A DNA stretch of 60,819 nucleotides, the filler included, from Porpidia crustulata (lineage: Eukaryota): assembly GCA_964255105.1 (NCBI GenBank). It is 10 parts of 10 records of this genome, joined end to end, with 100 filler letters (N's around TTAATTAATTAA, not from the genome) between each part and the next. Parts side by side here need not be neighbours in the genome. Positions count along the whole stretch, not along the records: positions 48,787 to 54,753 come from CAXUWE010001662.1; positions 54,854 to 60,819 come from CAXUWE010001663.1; 8 more parts are not named here. The stretch is one strand, 5' to 3'. Positions 48,787-60,819 of the stretch are shown piece by piece; the first letter of the stretch is position 1, and each line of letters opens with the position of its first letter. The translations under genes were made by a program, and so were the position numbers. Under the pieces are notes generated by a model. The model did not search any database and had not been told where the DNA came from. It saw nothing but the letters and a program-made list of their open reading frames with translations.

Positions 48787-49962
48787 CTTGTTCGGTGCTG
48801 GAGGGGCGGGTGGAGATGGCTGCGGGAGTGATGATGGTGGAGGTGGAAGAGATTGAGGGATAGGCAAAGTGGCGGATTGGCCATATCGCTTCTTAGGCGG
48901 CGGTCCAGCGGCAGGGAGGATACTAACCGAGCGACCACGCTTGATCGAAACAGGTGGTACAGGCGGCGGTGACGAGGGGACAAAAGGAAGGACCGATGGA
49001 CCCGCAGAAGCGGTAAGATGGATTTTGTGGGCCAGTTTGAGTCGCTTCGACCGCTCACCAGCGATCCCGATCAACGAGGCAGCCGGTGGTGCTACCACCA
49101 GGGCAGCAGCGGCCGAACTCGTCAATGCCTCCTGGACATCTGGAACGGACGCCACCGACTCCGATTCCTCGCGCGTTCACTTCCTTGACACGGGACCAGC
49201 CTGCGTCAATCGCTTAGGCGGAGGGAAAGGAGGTGCCGCTGTCGACTTCAACTTCCTCGACACGGAACCAGTCCGTGCCGATCGCTTGGCCGGCGGCGAC
49301 GGTGAGGTATTTTTAGGGGGTTCTCCCACGCCGAACTTCTTCGGCGCTGTCCTCATACGTTGGCCACGACCTCCACCGGTCGGAACATCGACTATGTCAA
49401 TTGCTAGCCCCTTTGGAGGAGCTGTGATGCCACCGTGGATGGTGACGGCTTGACGTTGTGGCCGAACCGGTGAAGTACGCGGTCTGGTAGCACGAGGATT
49501 GGCGGCGTGACGCTTCGGAGCAGCTTCACGGACAGGATGATCTGGGCTGTAGCCACCTTTCGGTGCGGTTCTCTCCTTCCACACATCGAACTTGCTTCTC
49601 CCATGATTTTTGCTCCAATTGCCGAAATCTTCATCGCCACGGAGGGCATACGGATTCGACTTCTTGGTAAAATTCGGGTCCTTGCGACGAAGATGAGCTT
49701 CTAGGTGCAAATACTCCTCTTGGTAAGCGCTCAACGCCTCCTGGCTGTTGGTTGATTTTCTCAGGAGCGCCATCATGGTGCTCTGAGTCGGCCTCGCCAA
49801 AGAGGAAGTGAACGTCGATGCAGGAGTGAGGGCTCTATAGCCATTATGATCAAGGAGCGCATCGTCGTCGTAAGGAGGAGGGAGTTCTACTGCTTCTTCC
49901 GCGACAGAAAGGTCGTCAAACTGCGATCTAGTCAGCACGAAGGCAGAATTGGAAGATTTCAA
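48787..49962 (-). pseudogene. Pro/basic-rich hypothetical reading frame with one in-frame TGA at 49177-49179
   Basis: ORFs 49177..49962 and 48739..49155 are the same frame, separated only by the stop in SRK*TREESES. Recurrent PP.KR motifs occur on both sides. Confidence 0.5.
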
Positions 49963-52895
49963 AGGAGGTTACATACAGGGAAGGGATTTTTCCGGAGCGG
50001 TATGGTATGCGCAGCCGCTGATGGCATATATAAGTCGGCAAATTCGCTCGGAAGGTGCAAAGGGATTGAAAGCTCAGCAGCAAAACGGGTTACAGCTGAT
50101 CGTGAAGACATTCCCTATCTTACTGGAAAACTTGAGGTATGAGTGTATTTCTGATGATACTGAGATCTTTCTGAACACAAGAAATTGCTTAGCGCTAAAA
50201 TTTTCACGATGCTTTGGAATGGGTGGGTGGTTTTTTGAACGTATGTGAAATTTTGGTGATGGTGCGTATGTATGGGGTTTACTTGAGAAGGAAAAAAATC
50301 AAAGGGAGAAAAGGTGTTCTTAAGTAGTGCCAGATTCATGCTAATGATCATGAATAGCTCAGACATTTGTTCGGACAATAGGGTCACATAGTGCTGGATT
50401 TGTACTATTTACCGCTTTGGTCATTCCACGTCGTGAATCTCAATAGAACCCCGATTTATCACAACACTTTGAACTAGTCTCCACTGATGGACAATAGCAC
50501 TATGAACAAAGGCTTGTTTCATCTTACGTCTGTAGACTGTAGCCTCTGAGATCTGAATATCGGTCTATCGTAAAATGCATCTATTAGGCTCATAGGAGAA
50601 CTTCACAAGGTTAGCCAAATATTGCTAAAGGTTGGAGGAACTGTAGAGATCAGTATGAGCTACGGTATGGAATACTACATTTGAAAGTAGATATAACATC
50701 ATGTAGAGTCTCACATATGGTCAAGTCAATCATTACTCTTCGCCCTGTCGAACCCCAATTTACACCTTATTTAATGCTTTACAAAGCTCTTTGTGCATAG
50801 TCTACTCAGTGAACTATGTACACCGTGACCAAAGTCCCTAAGAGACTTTCATTCTGTAGTTCGATCAGTATACCATCCAGTCCACAACGAGGTTTCCATA
50901 CGTGCTTCATCCAGTACCTCGCATGGATCATCTAATGCAGTCCATTCAGTGCTGTATATGCGCCAACTCTGATTCTCACGCATAGTGCAATACTTGCTTC
51001 GTCGATCCTTCGAATCGGCTTTGTTTATTCTCCATGCGAAGCTTCAGCTGAACCCAGAAATGATTATCCTAATTGTTCATATAGACTTTAGATTGGAGAA
51101 TTTGGCGTATATTAGCCAGAAATCTTCGCATCAAATTCGATCCGCCACGTAAAGCTTCGTAAGCGCCTTATTCGATACTCCTCCTTTGACCTGTCCAACA
51201 TCTATTTGAAGTCCCAAAGGTCTTGGGCTCATGCTTGATATTGTCCCGTCGGATATCATACGGGGTTTCCACCCAATCCTAGATCTAATGCTCCATTGAG
51301 ATCGCCTGATTTTCCAAACTAGGACGCCCAGATTAGTCTATCCTATGATCTATTGGAATTTTCGGAATAGATAAACCGGTATTTCAAATGTCCTTCATCC
51401 GGTCTTGATGTCACGTCCCAGGCTCGCCGAAGTTATGCTCGGATCTATTACTCTCTATTATGACATAAATTTCATACAGTACAATAACCGTCGTCATATA
51501 GATCCTTTGGGGGTATATCGAGTATTCGTGTGTATTCTCGACTTGAGTTCTGATCTGGCGTTATAGTTGCTTACCGGTGTCTTCACCGAACTTCCTATGT
51601 ACAGTTTGGTTTTCTCTTCCAATACTCTAGATGCTCATGCAATTTACTAGAGATTTGCTGCCTGGAATTCAATTTATGCTTTGCACAGATCCTCTGATGT
51701 GCCTGCTTATGGGTTGTGACCAGCTTCTGATCTATACTCCATGCAGAGCGTCCGAGTCGCTCTCATCGTTTCAGCTCATAAGCTATATTTATTTTAACCT
51801 CAGAAGGTTGGCCGTCGGTGCGCAATACTGTAGGATCCTTTAAGAAATTCCTTACTTGATATTTTGTCCAGTACTGATCTGAGCTTTGGAGGTAATGGCT
51901 GATGTATTTCAACCAGTGCTACCAACATAAGCCGTCCTATGCCGCACAGAAGATTCTCGAAGTACGCTATTCGTCTTCCTGGGTGAGTCTGATTCAATGC
52001 GCAGTTGGTAGATCAGATCGACGGAGCTATTTCTTTCGTATTACCTCATTGAGAATTTCATATAAATCTAGCTTGATATGTTGTTCATCGACTGATGCCG
52101 AATCTACAAGTGATTCCACTTAGTGCTTCGCCCAGATTTCATATATTACGATGTCTGAAACTTAGGACATGCTTTGATCAGCCCAAGGGGATAATATTCG
52201 ATCTTCGTATGACGGACTGAATGTCCTCTCAAAAAATCTGGTTTCTTGATTATTTTACTTATTGTTTCACGGCTTAAAGATACGATTCAAAGACATCAAA
52301 GCTGGCCATCAAGAGCTCCCCAGATTTCCGGAAAGGGTGAAGAGCCAGATCATGGTTGAAGCCCCTCCCGCACAGCGACAAGCCATATTCGGCAGTTGAT
52401 TGCTACGAAGCTCCAGGCGGTGAATCTAGGACTTAGCAGATCCGCCTTTCAGTGTTTCCATCTGCATTTTATCAGGTCAATCTTATGCTCCACAAATTCC
52501 TGAAACTACCTTATGTAGAGTGCCACCAGGTTCATCATTCTGGAAAAAAGGTACCATTCAGTGCTGGTCCATGGTGACAGGCTAAAATTATAGACTTGAG
52601 AATCATTAAGAGGAGATGTTTATCTTTTGGTAGGTAGTTCCGTGATCCTCTCATTCAATGAGCGATGACTGTGTATACCTAGGTTGTCTGTGGATATCTT
52701 TTGGCAACCACATGCTGTGCTGAACATACTTCCGGCATTAAGTTATTATCATAATGTTTTATCAGGCAGAGCGATAGGCCATAGGGCTGGAAAATCGATG
52801 TTATGTAAATAGGCGCTATCCTTAGTTCGGACGCATGTTGACTCAAAGACTGGGGATCAACCGCTGCTTTAACTCAACAGCTCACTCTGCGCAAC

Positions 52896-54453
52896 ATGTC
52901 AGCTGAAAAGAAAAGACCGACTGATGAAGATCTTCTGGCTCAGCTTGGAGCTTTAGGTGATGATAATGGCATAAATGACAAAGCTCCACAAACAGCTCCA
53001 CAGCAATCAGAAGCAGACATACTCGCGGAGCTTGGTATTCCGGAACGGCCAAAACCTGCTAGCAGACCACATACACCACGGTTACAATCAAGTTCGACCA
53101 CTCCAGCTCCAAGAGCTTCTCCCAAGCGTACCGGATTTTCTACATCTGCTTCGAACGATGGGACCCGAACTAGCGAAGAGAAGGCGCCTCTCAGGAAATC
53201 AGCCGAGAGCACGCGCTCTTTCCTTAATATTACCACGCCAGCAACGGAGACAGACATTGAAGTTGATCCGGAGAAGAAACAACATGTATCCGGGCCAGCT
53301 AAAGAGCAAAATAGTGGGGGTGGTTGGTGGGGTGGGATACTTGCAACTGCAAGCGCAGCTGTAAAACAGGCAGAAGCTCTAGCAAAAGAAATCCAGCAGA
53401 ATGAAGAAGCTCAGCGCTGGGCCGAGCAAGTAAAGGGAAACGTTGGCGCTCTACGAGGATATGGTGAGCGAATTTCAATTGTGTATCTCTCACAGTGCTA
53501 ACGATTCTAAAGGGGGAGAACTTCGTTCCCGTGCCCTCCCAACCTTTACTAACATTCTCCACACCCTTGCCCCTCCCATCTCTTCCCATGAACGTCTTCA
53601 AATCCACATTACCCACGACATTGTCGGCTACCCATCCCTCGATCCCCTTATCTATGCCACCTTCTCCCGCGTCATGGCCCAAGTTGAAGGCGGCGACCTA
53701 ATGGTCATCCAACGCGGTCAAGAATCTTCTCCCCGCCGCGACTCTAACGCAGGCTACAGTGGCTCCAACATCAGCGGCTGGAGCGACGGTCCTTGGTGGA
53801 GGCAGTCAGCGGAAACAAGAACTTTGGGAGCAGTAAAGGGTCTGGTCGAAGGTACCAAACTCTGCAAAGTCAGCGCCGAGTCGTACGCCAACGATTACTT
53901 TGCCTCATCCGGCGGCCTCGAAGAAGCAGCTAAGCAAGCTACCGAGGACCTAAGCGAAAGTAACCCCGTTCGCAGCAGCGACATATTCCTCTCCATCCAA
54001 GCCATTGCACATCCTCAGCCTTCAGACCTCTTTGGCGGTGCCGCACAAGACGCTAACAACAAATCCGAAGGTGTCATTGACCCTGAAGATCCGCCCGAAG
54101 ATCTCCTTGTCTTTGCAATCTACCTCCACGACCCCATCCACGGCATCACCTTCAACACCGTCACCCAAACTCTGCCAAATAAATGGGTCGAATGGCTCGA
54201 TGCTTCCCCCACCGCCGACTCCTCGGCATCCAGTCTCCCCGACGAAATCGCCGAGATCGTGAATACCGGGGGCGTGGACCCGAGGGAGTGGGTGGCGGAG
54301 TGGGTAGAGGAATTGTTATCGCTCGGGGTGGGTGTGGTAGCGCAGAGGTACGTGGGGAGGAGGATGGGTGTAGGTCAAGGGGGCCTAGGAAGAGGCAAGA
54401 TGAGGCAGGCGGCATTGGAGTCCGGGGGAGGAGAGGCCGCGAGAGCGGTTTGA
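52896..54453 (+). CDS. MTC1: Maintenance of telomere capping protein 1 (DUF5427); intron 53464-53512
   Basis: GGGWWGGI..TASAAVKQAE, LAPPISSHERLQIHITHD..GYPSLDPLIY.TFSRVM.QVEGG and DPREWVAEWVEE.LSL.VG.VAQRYV.RRMG. Confidence 0.9.
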
Positions 54454-54753
54454 TGTCGTATTCTATTCCCATAGCGGTATTGTCTTAGTCAGGGCGTTGG
54501 TTGTCGAGGGGTGTCAGTATGATATCCTTGTCTGCGCGGGCGTATCTGGAAACTGGACTTCTACGTAGCAGAGCAGTAGCAATACCAACGCTGTTTCTCC
54601 CCATCGATTGATAGCTACTCCGAACCATCACTCTCGCACACCCACAATCAGATTTAAACTAATACCCTCATTTCCACTCACCACCCAGTCCCGCAAAAAT
54701 CTCCCCCCCAACCTCACCACTTCCTCCCTATCCAAATCCCATCTCCACCCACC

Positions 54754-54853
54754 NNNNNNNNNNNNNNNNNNNNNNNNNNNNNNNNNNNNNNNNNNNNTTA
54801 ATTAATTAANNNNNNNNNNNNNNNNNNNNNNNNNNNNNNNNNNNNNNNNNNNN
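54754..54853. other. Artificial contig-joining linker
   Basis: N44-TTAATTAATTAA-N44. Confidence 0.98.
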
Positions 54854-55216
54854 GGCTAAAAGGATAAACGGCTAATGTCGGCGACCAAGCGTAGTCCTCA
54901 TATCACTATATGGCTGTGTTGCGGGGGCTTCTGCTAGCCCAATTCTCTACCATTCCAGACGACCGGCTTTACAAGACCGCGGACTATGGATCATCCATCA
55001 ACGTCCTCTTCAACTCCCTCATGGCTCTGGGCGTCCACTCCGTCGAAATTGAAGCTTTATAGGAGCGGCATCTGCTGCTCATGCTTTCTTCTCTTCTCTT
55101 TCCTCTTCTGCTGGCTTCATCCGAACTTAGGATAGGATTTTTGTGTACCTTTGCCCCATTTCCAGTCTACATCATCATCCCTATTCGCTCTCATCCACGG
55201 TGATAGTGTCCCAAGT

Positions 55217-56931
55217 ATGGCGTTCAAACCATGGCGGGCCGTGCCCGGACGTCTCCTCCTGTGGGCGCTCAATCTATTCTCTGCAGTTGCCTTGATCTTC
55301 GAAGGATACAATCAGGGTGTCATGGGCTTCGTGAATTCGACGCCTGGTTACGTACAGACGGTGGGTATCGGCGGACCTGACGGCAAAGTGACCAACACCT
55401 CCAAGCAGGGAGGGTTGGTTTCCTGCTACTATTTCGGTGCCATGTTCGGCTGCTTCATCGGCGGTCGATTCGGAGACCGCTTCGGGCGGAAGCGTGCTGT
55501 TGTCCTCGGGAGCTTATTCACTCTGCTCGGTGGCGGCTTGCAGGCCGGGACTCGAAGCAGCGACATGACCATCTGTGCGCGAGTGATCTGTGGTATTGGA
55601 ATCGGTTTCATCAATTCCGTGCGTATTGGGTGGAAAACTCGGCGTATCGAAGACTGACCGTGGCGGATAGATCATCCCGACTTGGGTTTCCGAGCTGGCA
55701 AGAGCTCACAACAGGGGCGCAGCCTTTGCATTGGTCTTTTGCGCCAACTATCTCGGCATCGTGATCGCCTACTGGCTGGGATACGGTCTCCGGAACAACA
55801 CCACAGACTTCCGGTGGCGCTTCCCTTTGGCTTTTCAGGTCGTCCCGGTCATCATTTTGCTCCTCACCGTCGCCTTCTTGCCCGAGTCTCCTCGCTGGCT
55901 AATCTCCCGCGGCCGACGAGTAGAGGCCGTGGAAATTCTGGCCAAAATCCGTGGCGACCTTGCGGAGAATGATCCGTCCTTGGTGGCTGAATTAGAGCAG
56001 CTTGACGCAATCGTCGACTCCGCAAACCATAAACGATATCGTTTCCTCAATGTCACGTTTGGCCGCTTTTCCGGACGCCTGCACCTGGGCCGACGCGTGG
56101 CTTTGGCCATTGGAATCATGATGATGATGGAATGGACCGGTATTCTTGCCATCACCGTCTACGCCAATATCCTCTTCCAGCAAGCTGGTTTCAGTGCAGA
56201 TAAAGCGGCCTGGCTGGCCGGGCTATGCAACACCTTTGGTATCATCGGTACCGCTGCCAGCATCTTCACTGTTGATCGATTTGGCCGGCGTATCTCCCTC
56301 TACTTTGGCTTCTTCGTCCAGGGCGTCGTACTCCTACTAGCTGGTGGCTTAGCACGCTTGGGCGAGCTTCACCCTGACAATGGCAACTTCGGGGCCGCTG
56401 CTGCTGCCATGGTCTTCGTCTATACCTTCTTCTTCGCTCAAACGGTCTTGATGATTGCCTTTATCTATCCCACCGAGATTTGGCCGCAAGAGATCCGCGC
56501 CTTTGGCAATAGCTACGGCGTTTTCGGCTGGGCGGTCGGATGCGGTAGCACTGTATGTTGTCCTGCTGATGCGCATGCTCCAAAATTGGGTTCTGACAGA
56601 TCGTTCACAGACTCTTGCGATCCCATCCATGTTCTCCACTCTCGGCTACAAAACTCTGATCGTCTTCGGTGTCTTCAATTTCTTGTCTCTTCCACTCGTC
56701 TACTTCTTCTTCCCCGAGACCAAAGGACGCACGCTGGAAGAGATCAATCTCCTCTTCGCCGCGGAGAGCCCGCTCGCATTGGCCAACGAGCAAGAGTATC
56801 ACCGACTACTCAACAAGGCCGGCGGGAACGTCGCCGTCGCCGAACGTCGAATGATGGAGGATATGGATATGGCGGTGGATGAGAAGTCTGTGGACGAAGC
56901 AGGGAACAGTTCACATCACGAGAAAGCCTGA
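55217..56931 (+). CDS. MFS sugar porter family transporter; introns 55619-55670 and 56553-56610
   Basis: FEGYNQGVMG, GDRFGRK, WRFPLAFQ, PESPRWL, VDRFGRR, YPTEIWP and PETKGRTLEEI. Confidence 0.93.
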
Positions 56932-57493
56932 GTTTTGGGGACACGTGTGCTTGCGGGAGATGGGATATTGATGCGCTCCGATTTATTACAAAAGCTGATC
57001 TGTTTGGCTCCTGATGCCATGGGCAGGATCTCTGGAGCCGCGGACGTGACCTGGATATTACTGTTCTGCCGTGGACTTTCATCGATATTTCTGATCTAGC
57101 AATTTATACTTAATCGGGGGCACCAAGCTCCAGTAGGTACTCGAGGTCAATCGATTCAAAGCTGTGCAAAGACAACAATCAGATCGTACTGCGCGCAAAG
57201 TCAATTGCCAACATCATGAACAGTCATAGATAGCTGAAGACTGAAGTTGAGTATTTGATGAAATGATCGCGCTGAGGATATGATGCCAAGCCCTACCTTA
57301 GGGCAGGGGTAGGCGGAGAGTCGGCAGCTCTTGTGGAACATCCGAACTTCCTTCAAAACATTTATAGCAATAGGTGAGACACAATGGGACTGCAACGAAA
57401 TGTATAGCCCTGGCTCACGCCCTCAATGTGTGTGAAATACTTGTTTTGATTCAGTGTCTCCGTGCGTGAGGTCTCTAAGTACCTGAAGCAATC

Positions 57494-58760
57494 ATGCTAG
57501 ACGTACCTCGATTGTTACAAAGATCCCTCGAAACCACCCAAGAGGCACCACTATGGCTGATCCTCGTATGGCTAGGGGGCACGCTGTTCGTCTTTGCGCA
57601 GGTGGTGGGTGAAGCAATAGATGTATTCGAAGCACAGCGTTAACATCGAATAGGCTTACACAATTCTATTCGCCGTTGCCCCAATCCCTCGAGATAGTCT
57701 AAGATCCGAAACGCAGTACAGAACCATAGAAGAAAATGGAGAGATTAGCGACGCGGAACCGCTGCCCTGCTGGCTGAACAATATTATTGCGCAAAGGAAG
57801 TCTGCTCAAAAGCATGGGGATTCGGATGCACACCCTAAAATTGAGAACGCAACGGTCTTCATGTCATTAGTTGTACCAGCATTTAATGAAGAGGACCGTC
57901 TCGAGATCATGCTCGCGGAAGCTGTAGAGTATTTACGGCAACAATACGGCAACATTCCGCAGATGGCAATTGCCAACGGTGCCGCCAAGCAACGTAGAGT
58001 CGACCAAGTTGAGTCCAAAGACTCTCTTCAAGGCGGAACTACTGGGTGGGAAATCATAATCGTATCGGATGGCTCAACAGACAAAACCTTAGAGGTTGCC
58101 CTAAAGTTTGCCCGGAGACTCGGTCCCAAGATGTCCCAATGTATACGGGTAGTCAATCTAGCGGAGAATCGAGGAAAGGGAGGAGCGGTGACACATGGCA
58201 TGAAGTATGTCAGAGGTGAATATGCCGTGTTCGCGGATGCCGATGGTGCCAGCAAATTTGAAGACCTAGGCAAACTCGTCCAAGCCTCTAAAGATGTTGA
58301 AGACAGTGAAGGTAGAGGTGTGGCCATAGGATCGAGAGCCCACCTTGTAGGCAGCGAAGCCGTAGTCAAGGTTGGCTTTGTAGCTCTGATTCACGGCCAA
58401 AGCTGACACATTCAGCGTTCTTTCACTCGAAACCTCATGATGCACTCATTCCATCTCCTCCTTCGCATTCTGACCCCTCCCGCCACAGCTCGTATACGCG
58501 ACACGCAATGCGGATTCAAACTATTCTCCCGTCCTTCACTACCGTACATTATCCCTCACATGCACTCTGAAGGCTGGATCTTCGACGTCGAAATGCTCAT
58601 GCTTGCCGAGTCAGCCGGCATACCCGTCGTGGAAGTCCCGATTGGATGGCAAGAAGTCAAAGGGAGTAAGCTCAATGTGTTGTGGGACAGCTTAGGTATG
58701 GCTTGGGGTCTAGCGATACTAAGAGCGGCTTGGGGGTTGGGCGTTTATAGGCGGCAATGA
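57494..58760 (+). CDS. ALG5: Dolichyl-phosphate beta-glucosyltransferase (GT2); 3 exons
   Basis: N-terminal TM exon from ATG 57494, then SLVVPAFNEEDRL, VSDGSTDKT, NRGKGGAV, FADADGASKF, GSRAHL, DTQCGFKLF, WIFDVEML and WQEVKGSKL. Confidence 0.93.
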
Positions 58761-59101
58761 AGTAAGATAATCTAATTTTGGCAAGGAATCTGTCTTTGGC
58801 CCAGCTCCACCCAGTAAACTGGTACCTGGTGAGAAGATCTTGAAGAGACGTACAGGGTCATCGTTTTTTACCTTCGGTGTGTGACGTGTGGCTTTAAATA
58901 TACTGACAAGCTAATTGCATAGCGAGATGGGCGGTTTCACTGTCTATAAAACTCATCTGGTATCTACACTACCTGCAAGATCTGCTCACTAACGGAACAA
59001 GTAATAAAAGATAAGCTAGTCCATGTCTAGAGTCATGACGCTCTAGCAGACAGACTCGCCCTGTCCCCGGATATCATCATGCCCGACCGTATGAAATTGA
59101 G

Positions 59102-60217
59102 CTAGAAGAAATCGCCCAAGGAGTTAGGGCACTCGATGTTACCGACTTGGATGATTTTGTTCAACATGCTCGACAACAACAAGACAACGTATTGAGGATC
59201 GTCTTTCTGGATAAAGTGCCCGCAACCTTTCGCTATCAGAGGTCCTTCACTACGATCTTTATCTGTGATCCTTGTGAGACCCTGATTGTATGCATGCCAG
59301 ACTGAGTTCAAGTATTTCATTGTCATGGATACTGGTGTACCAAGTTTCTAAGAAAATCCGTTACCCCAATCTGAGGGTAGAAAGGTGGTACTTACTTCGA
59401 AGCCCTCCTGGGCAAAAGTATTGGAATCGTGCCCTACTACCGTCACGAAAGGTCCCCTATTCGGCCCTTGAAGCATTGGACCGTCACTATCCGGCAAGAG
59501 CTGAGCTAGATTTCTCCTATCTAGGCCTTCTTGATTAATAACATCAGGACGAAATATGGCGGCATATTTGGCCCTTTGCTCCTTCAGCACATCAACCGTC
59601 ACATGATCTGGCAACTCGTGCATATCAAAACCTTCGGCATCTGGATCTGGCCACCAATCAAAATCCGAATTCGCTACTATAGAATCCAAGAGAAGTAGCC
59701 CTGCCACGACATCTGGATATGTCTGAGCGTAGAGTCTCGCAATCGCACAGCCGATCGAATTTCCCACGAGTATTAGCTGGAACTGTGACTGAATGGCAGC
59801 CAGATGTTCACTAGCCACGTGTGCGATAATTTCATGCAGATCCCTCACAGCGTCTGCAACATCATGCCCGTACCCTTTCTCTCGGCCTCGGTCCTGGGGG
59901 TCAGAATCCTCGGACAGCCCGGAGCCATAGCGATCATACGCAAGCATGGAATGGAAGCCGGGGAAAACAGCGCGTCTACGTATGATGCCGCTCATGACGG
60001 GAAGCCAAGCTGATTTGGTAGACATGAGGCCATTTAGGAAGACTACAAGATACTTGTCATCTTGACCACGAGCGAAGGAGTAATGGATCGATGCACCTGG
60101 TTTGGTACTGAGGGTGAGGGAGTCGTGGATTATTTCACGTGGGAGAACGATGGCGGGTTGAGGAGCTGCTGTAGCGAAGAGCCGGGGTATTGCTGTTTTT
60201 GTTGCAGAGTAGTCCAT
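59102..60217 (-). CDS. Alpha/beta hydrolase; intron 59395-59348
   Basis: VVFLNGL, YDRYGSGLS, nucleophile elbow GNSIG, LLLLDS and catalytic-His motif GCGHFIQKDDP in exon 2. Confidence 0.88.
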
Positions 60218-60571
60218 CGTTGAAGGGTATGCGAAGAGATCTATGTATGGTGAGGGTGATTTGAGCTTGATGCATCGAGCGCTCGAATTCTGCAATCAAC
60301 GACGTTCCTGGTAATTCAAGCTACAGCCTTTTTACTCTAGCCCAATGATATAGCTATTATGTTAAACAAAATGATGCTCAATAGGAGCTTGTCACCTGAA
60401 GCTGTCACGTCTTAGGCAGCCTCGTCGGTCAGCTTGTGACTTGGCGCTAGCGTTTCTTTATCTTATCGCCGTCTCCGCCATCTTTCGCCGCCATCATCCA
60501 ACCTTACTTTTCTTCTACCGCCTAAACACCATCATACCCATTAACCCTTTTCCCAAGAAAACAAACCCATT

Positions 60572-60819
60572 ATGAACATCATCCACAGCACCCTCGATAC
60601 GCTCCGTGACCGCTGGGCCCCCATCACCCATACCTCCACTTTCCGCACCACTGGCCAAATCACCCCCGAAGAATTCCTCCATTCTGGCCACTACCTCTTC
60701 TACAAATTCCCCACCTGGTCCTGGGCCGACGCCTCCCCACCCTCGAAACGCGTCTCCTACCTGCCCGCCGGCAAGCAGTTCCTCGTCATTGAGTCCCCGA
60801 CGCCCTATCGCCTCGTCCT
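60572..60819 (+). CDS. ATG3: Autophagy E2-like enzyme Atg3, N-terminal part (absent from the ORF track; truncated)
   Basis: Manual translation gives [46 protein letters not shown]...[11 protein letters not shown]. Confidence 0.9.
   Translation, partial: MNIIHSTLDTLRDRWAPITHTSTFRTTGQITPEEFLHSGHYLFYKFPTWSWADASPPSKRVSYLPAGKQFLVIESPTPYRLV

Noticed and set aside
30061..49179. Genome-wide TGA reassignment or selenocysteine suggested by two lone in-frame TGAs
   Set aside because: TGA is the ordinary terminator of SLX9, egt2, MTC1, the sugar porter and ALG5, and neither site is at a catalytic Cys position.

Overview
Eukaryotic nuclear DNA from a filamentous ascomycete (Pezizomycotina-type genes and short GT-AG introns; a lichen-forming fungus is a guess only). 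The window is not one locus. It is ten contigs of 6011, 6007, 6005, 6001, 5999, 5992, 5991, 5980, 5967 and 5966 bp, sorted by length and joined by nine identical 100-nt N44-TTAATTAATTAA-N44 linkers, so gene adjacency across linkers is meaningless. Recognisable genes: a GT69/CAP59-like mannosyltransferase, cytosolic AsnRS and TrpRS, MOT1, an acetyl-CoA transporter, SLX9, an Egt2-like PLP C-S lyase, a fungal AAA ATPase, an AlcS/GPR1-FUN34-YaaH transporter, Ups1, MTC1, a sugar porter, ALG5, an alpha/beta hydrolase, ATG3, a PTH11-like membrane protein and several DUF proteins. There is also a decayed pogo/Fot1 transposase interrupted by a solo LTR with a 5-bp target-site duplication. The most unusual signal is a set of recurrent C-rich to G-rich strand-composition switches that cut through synonymous codons and non-coding DNA and coincide with most assembly breaks. 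Other signals are a 111-nt nested inverted repeat upstream of the alcS-like gene, single in-frame TGA codons interrupting two long frames, and a hidden two-exon orphan gene. I found no clear new multi-gene system.
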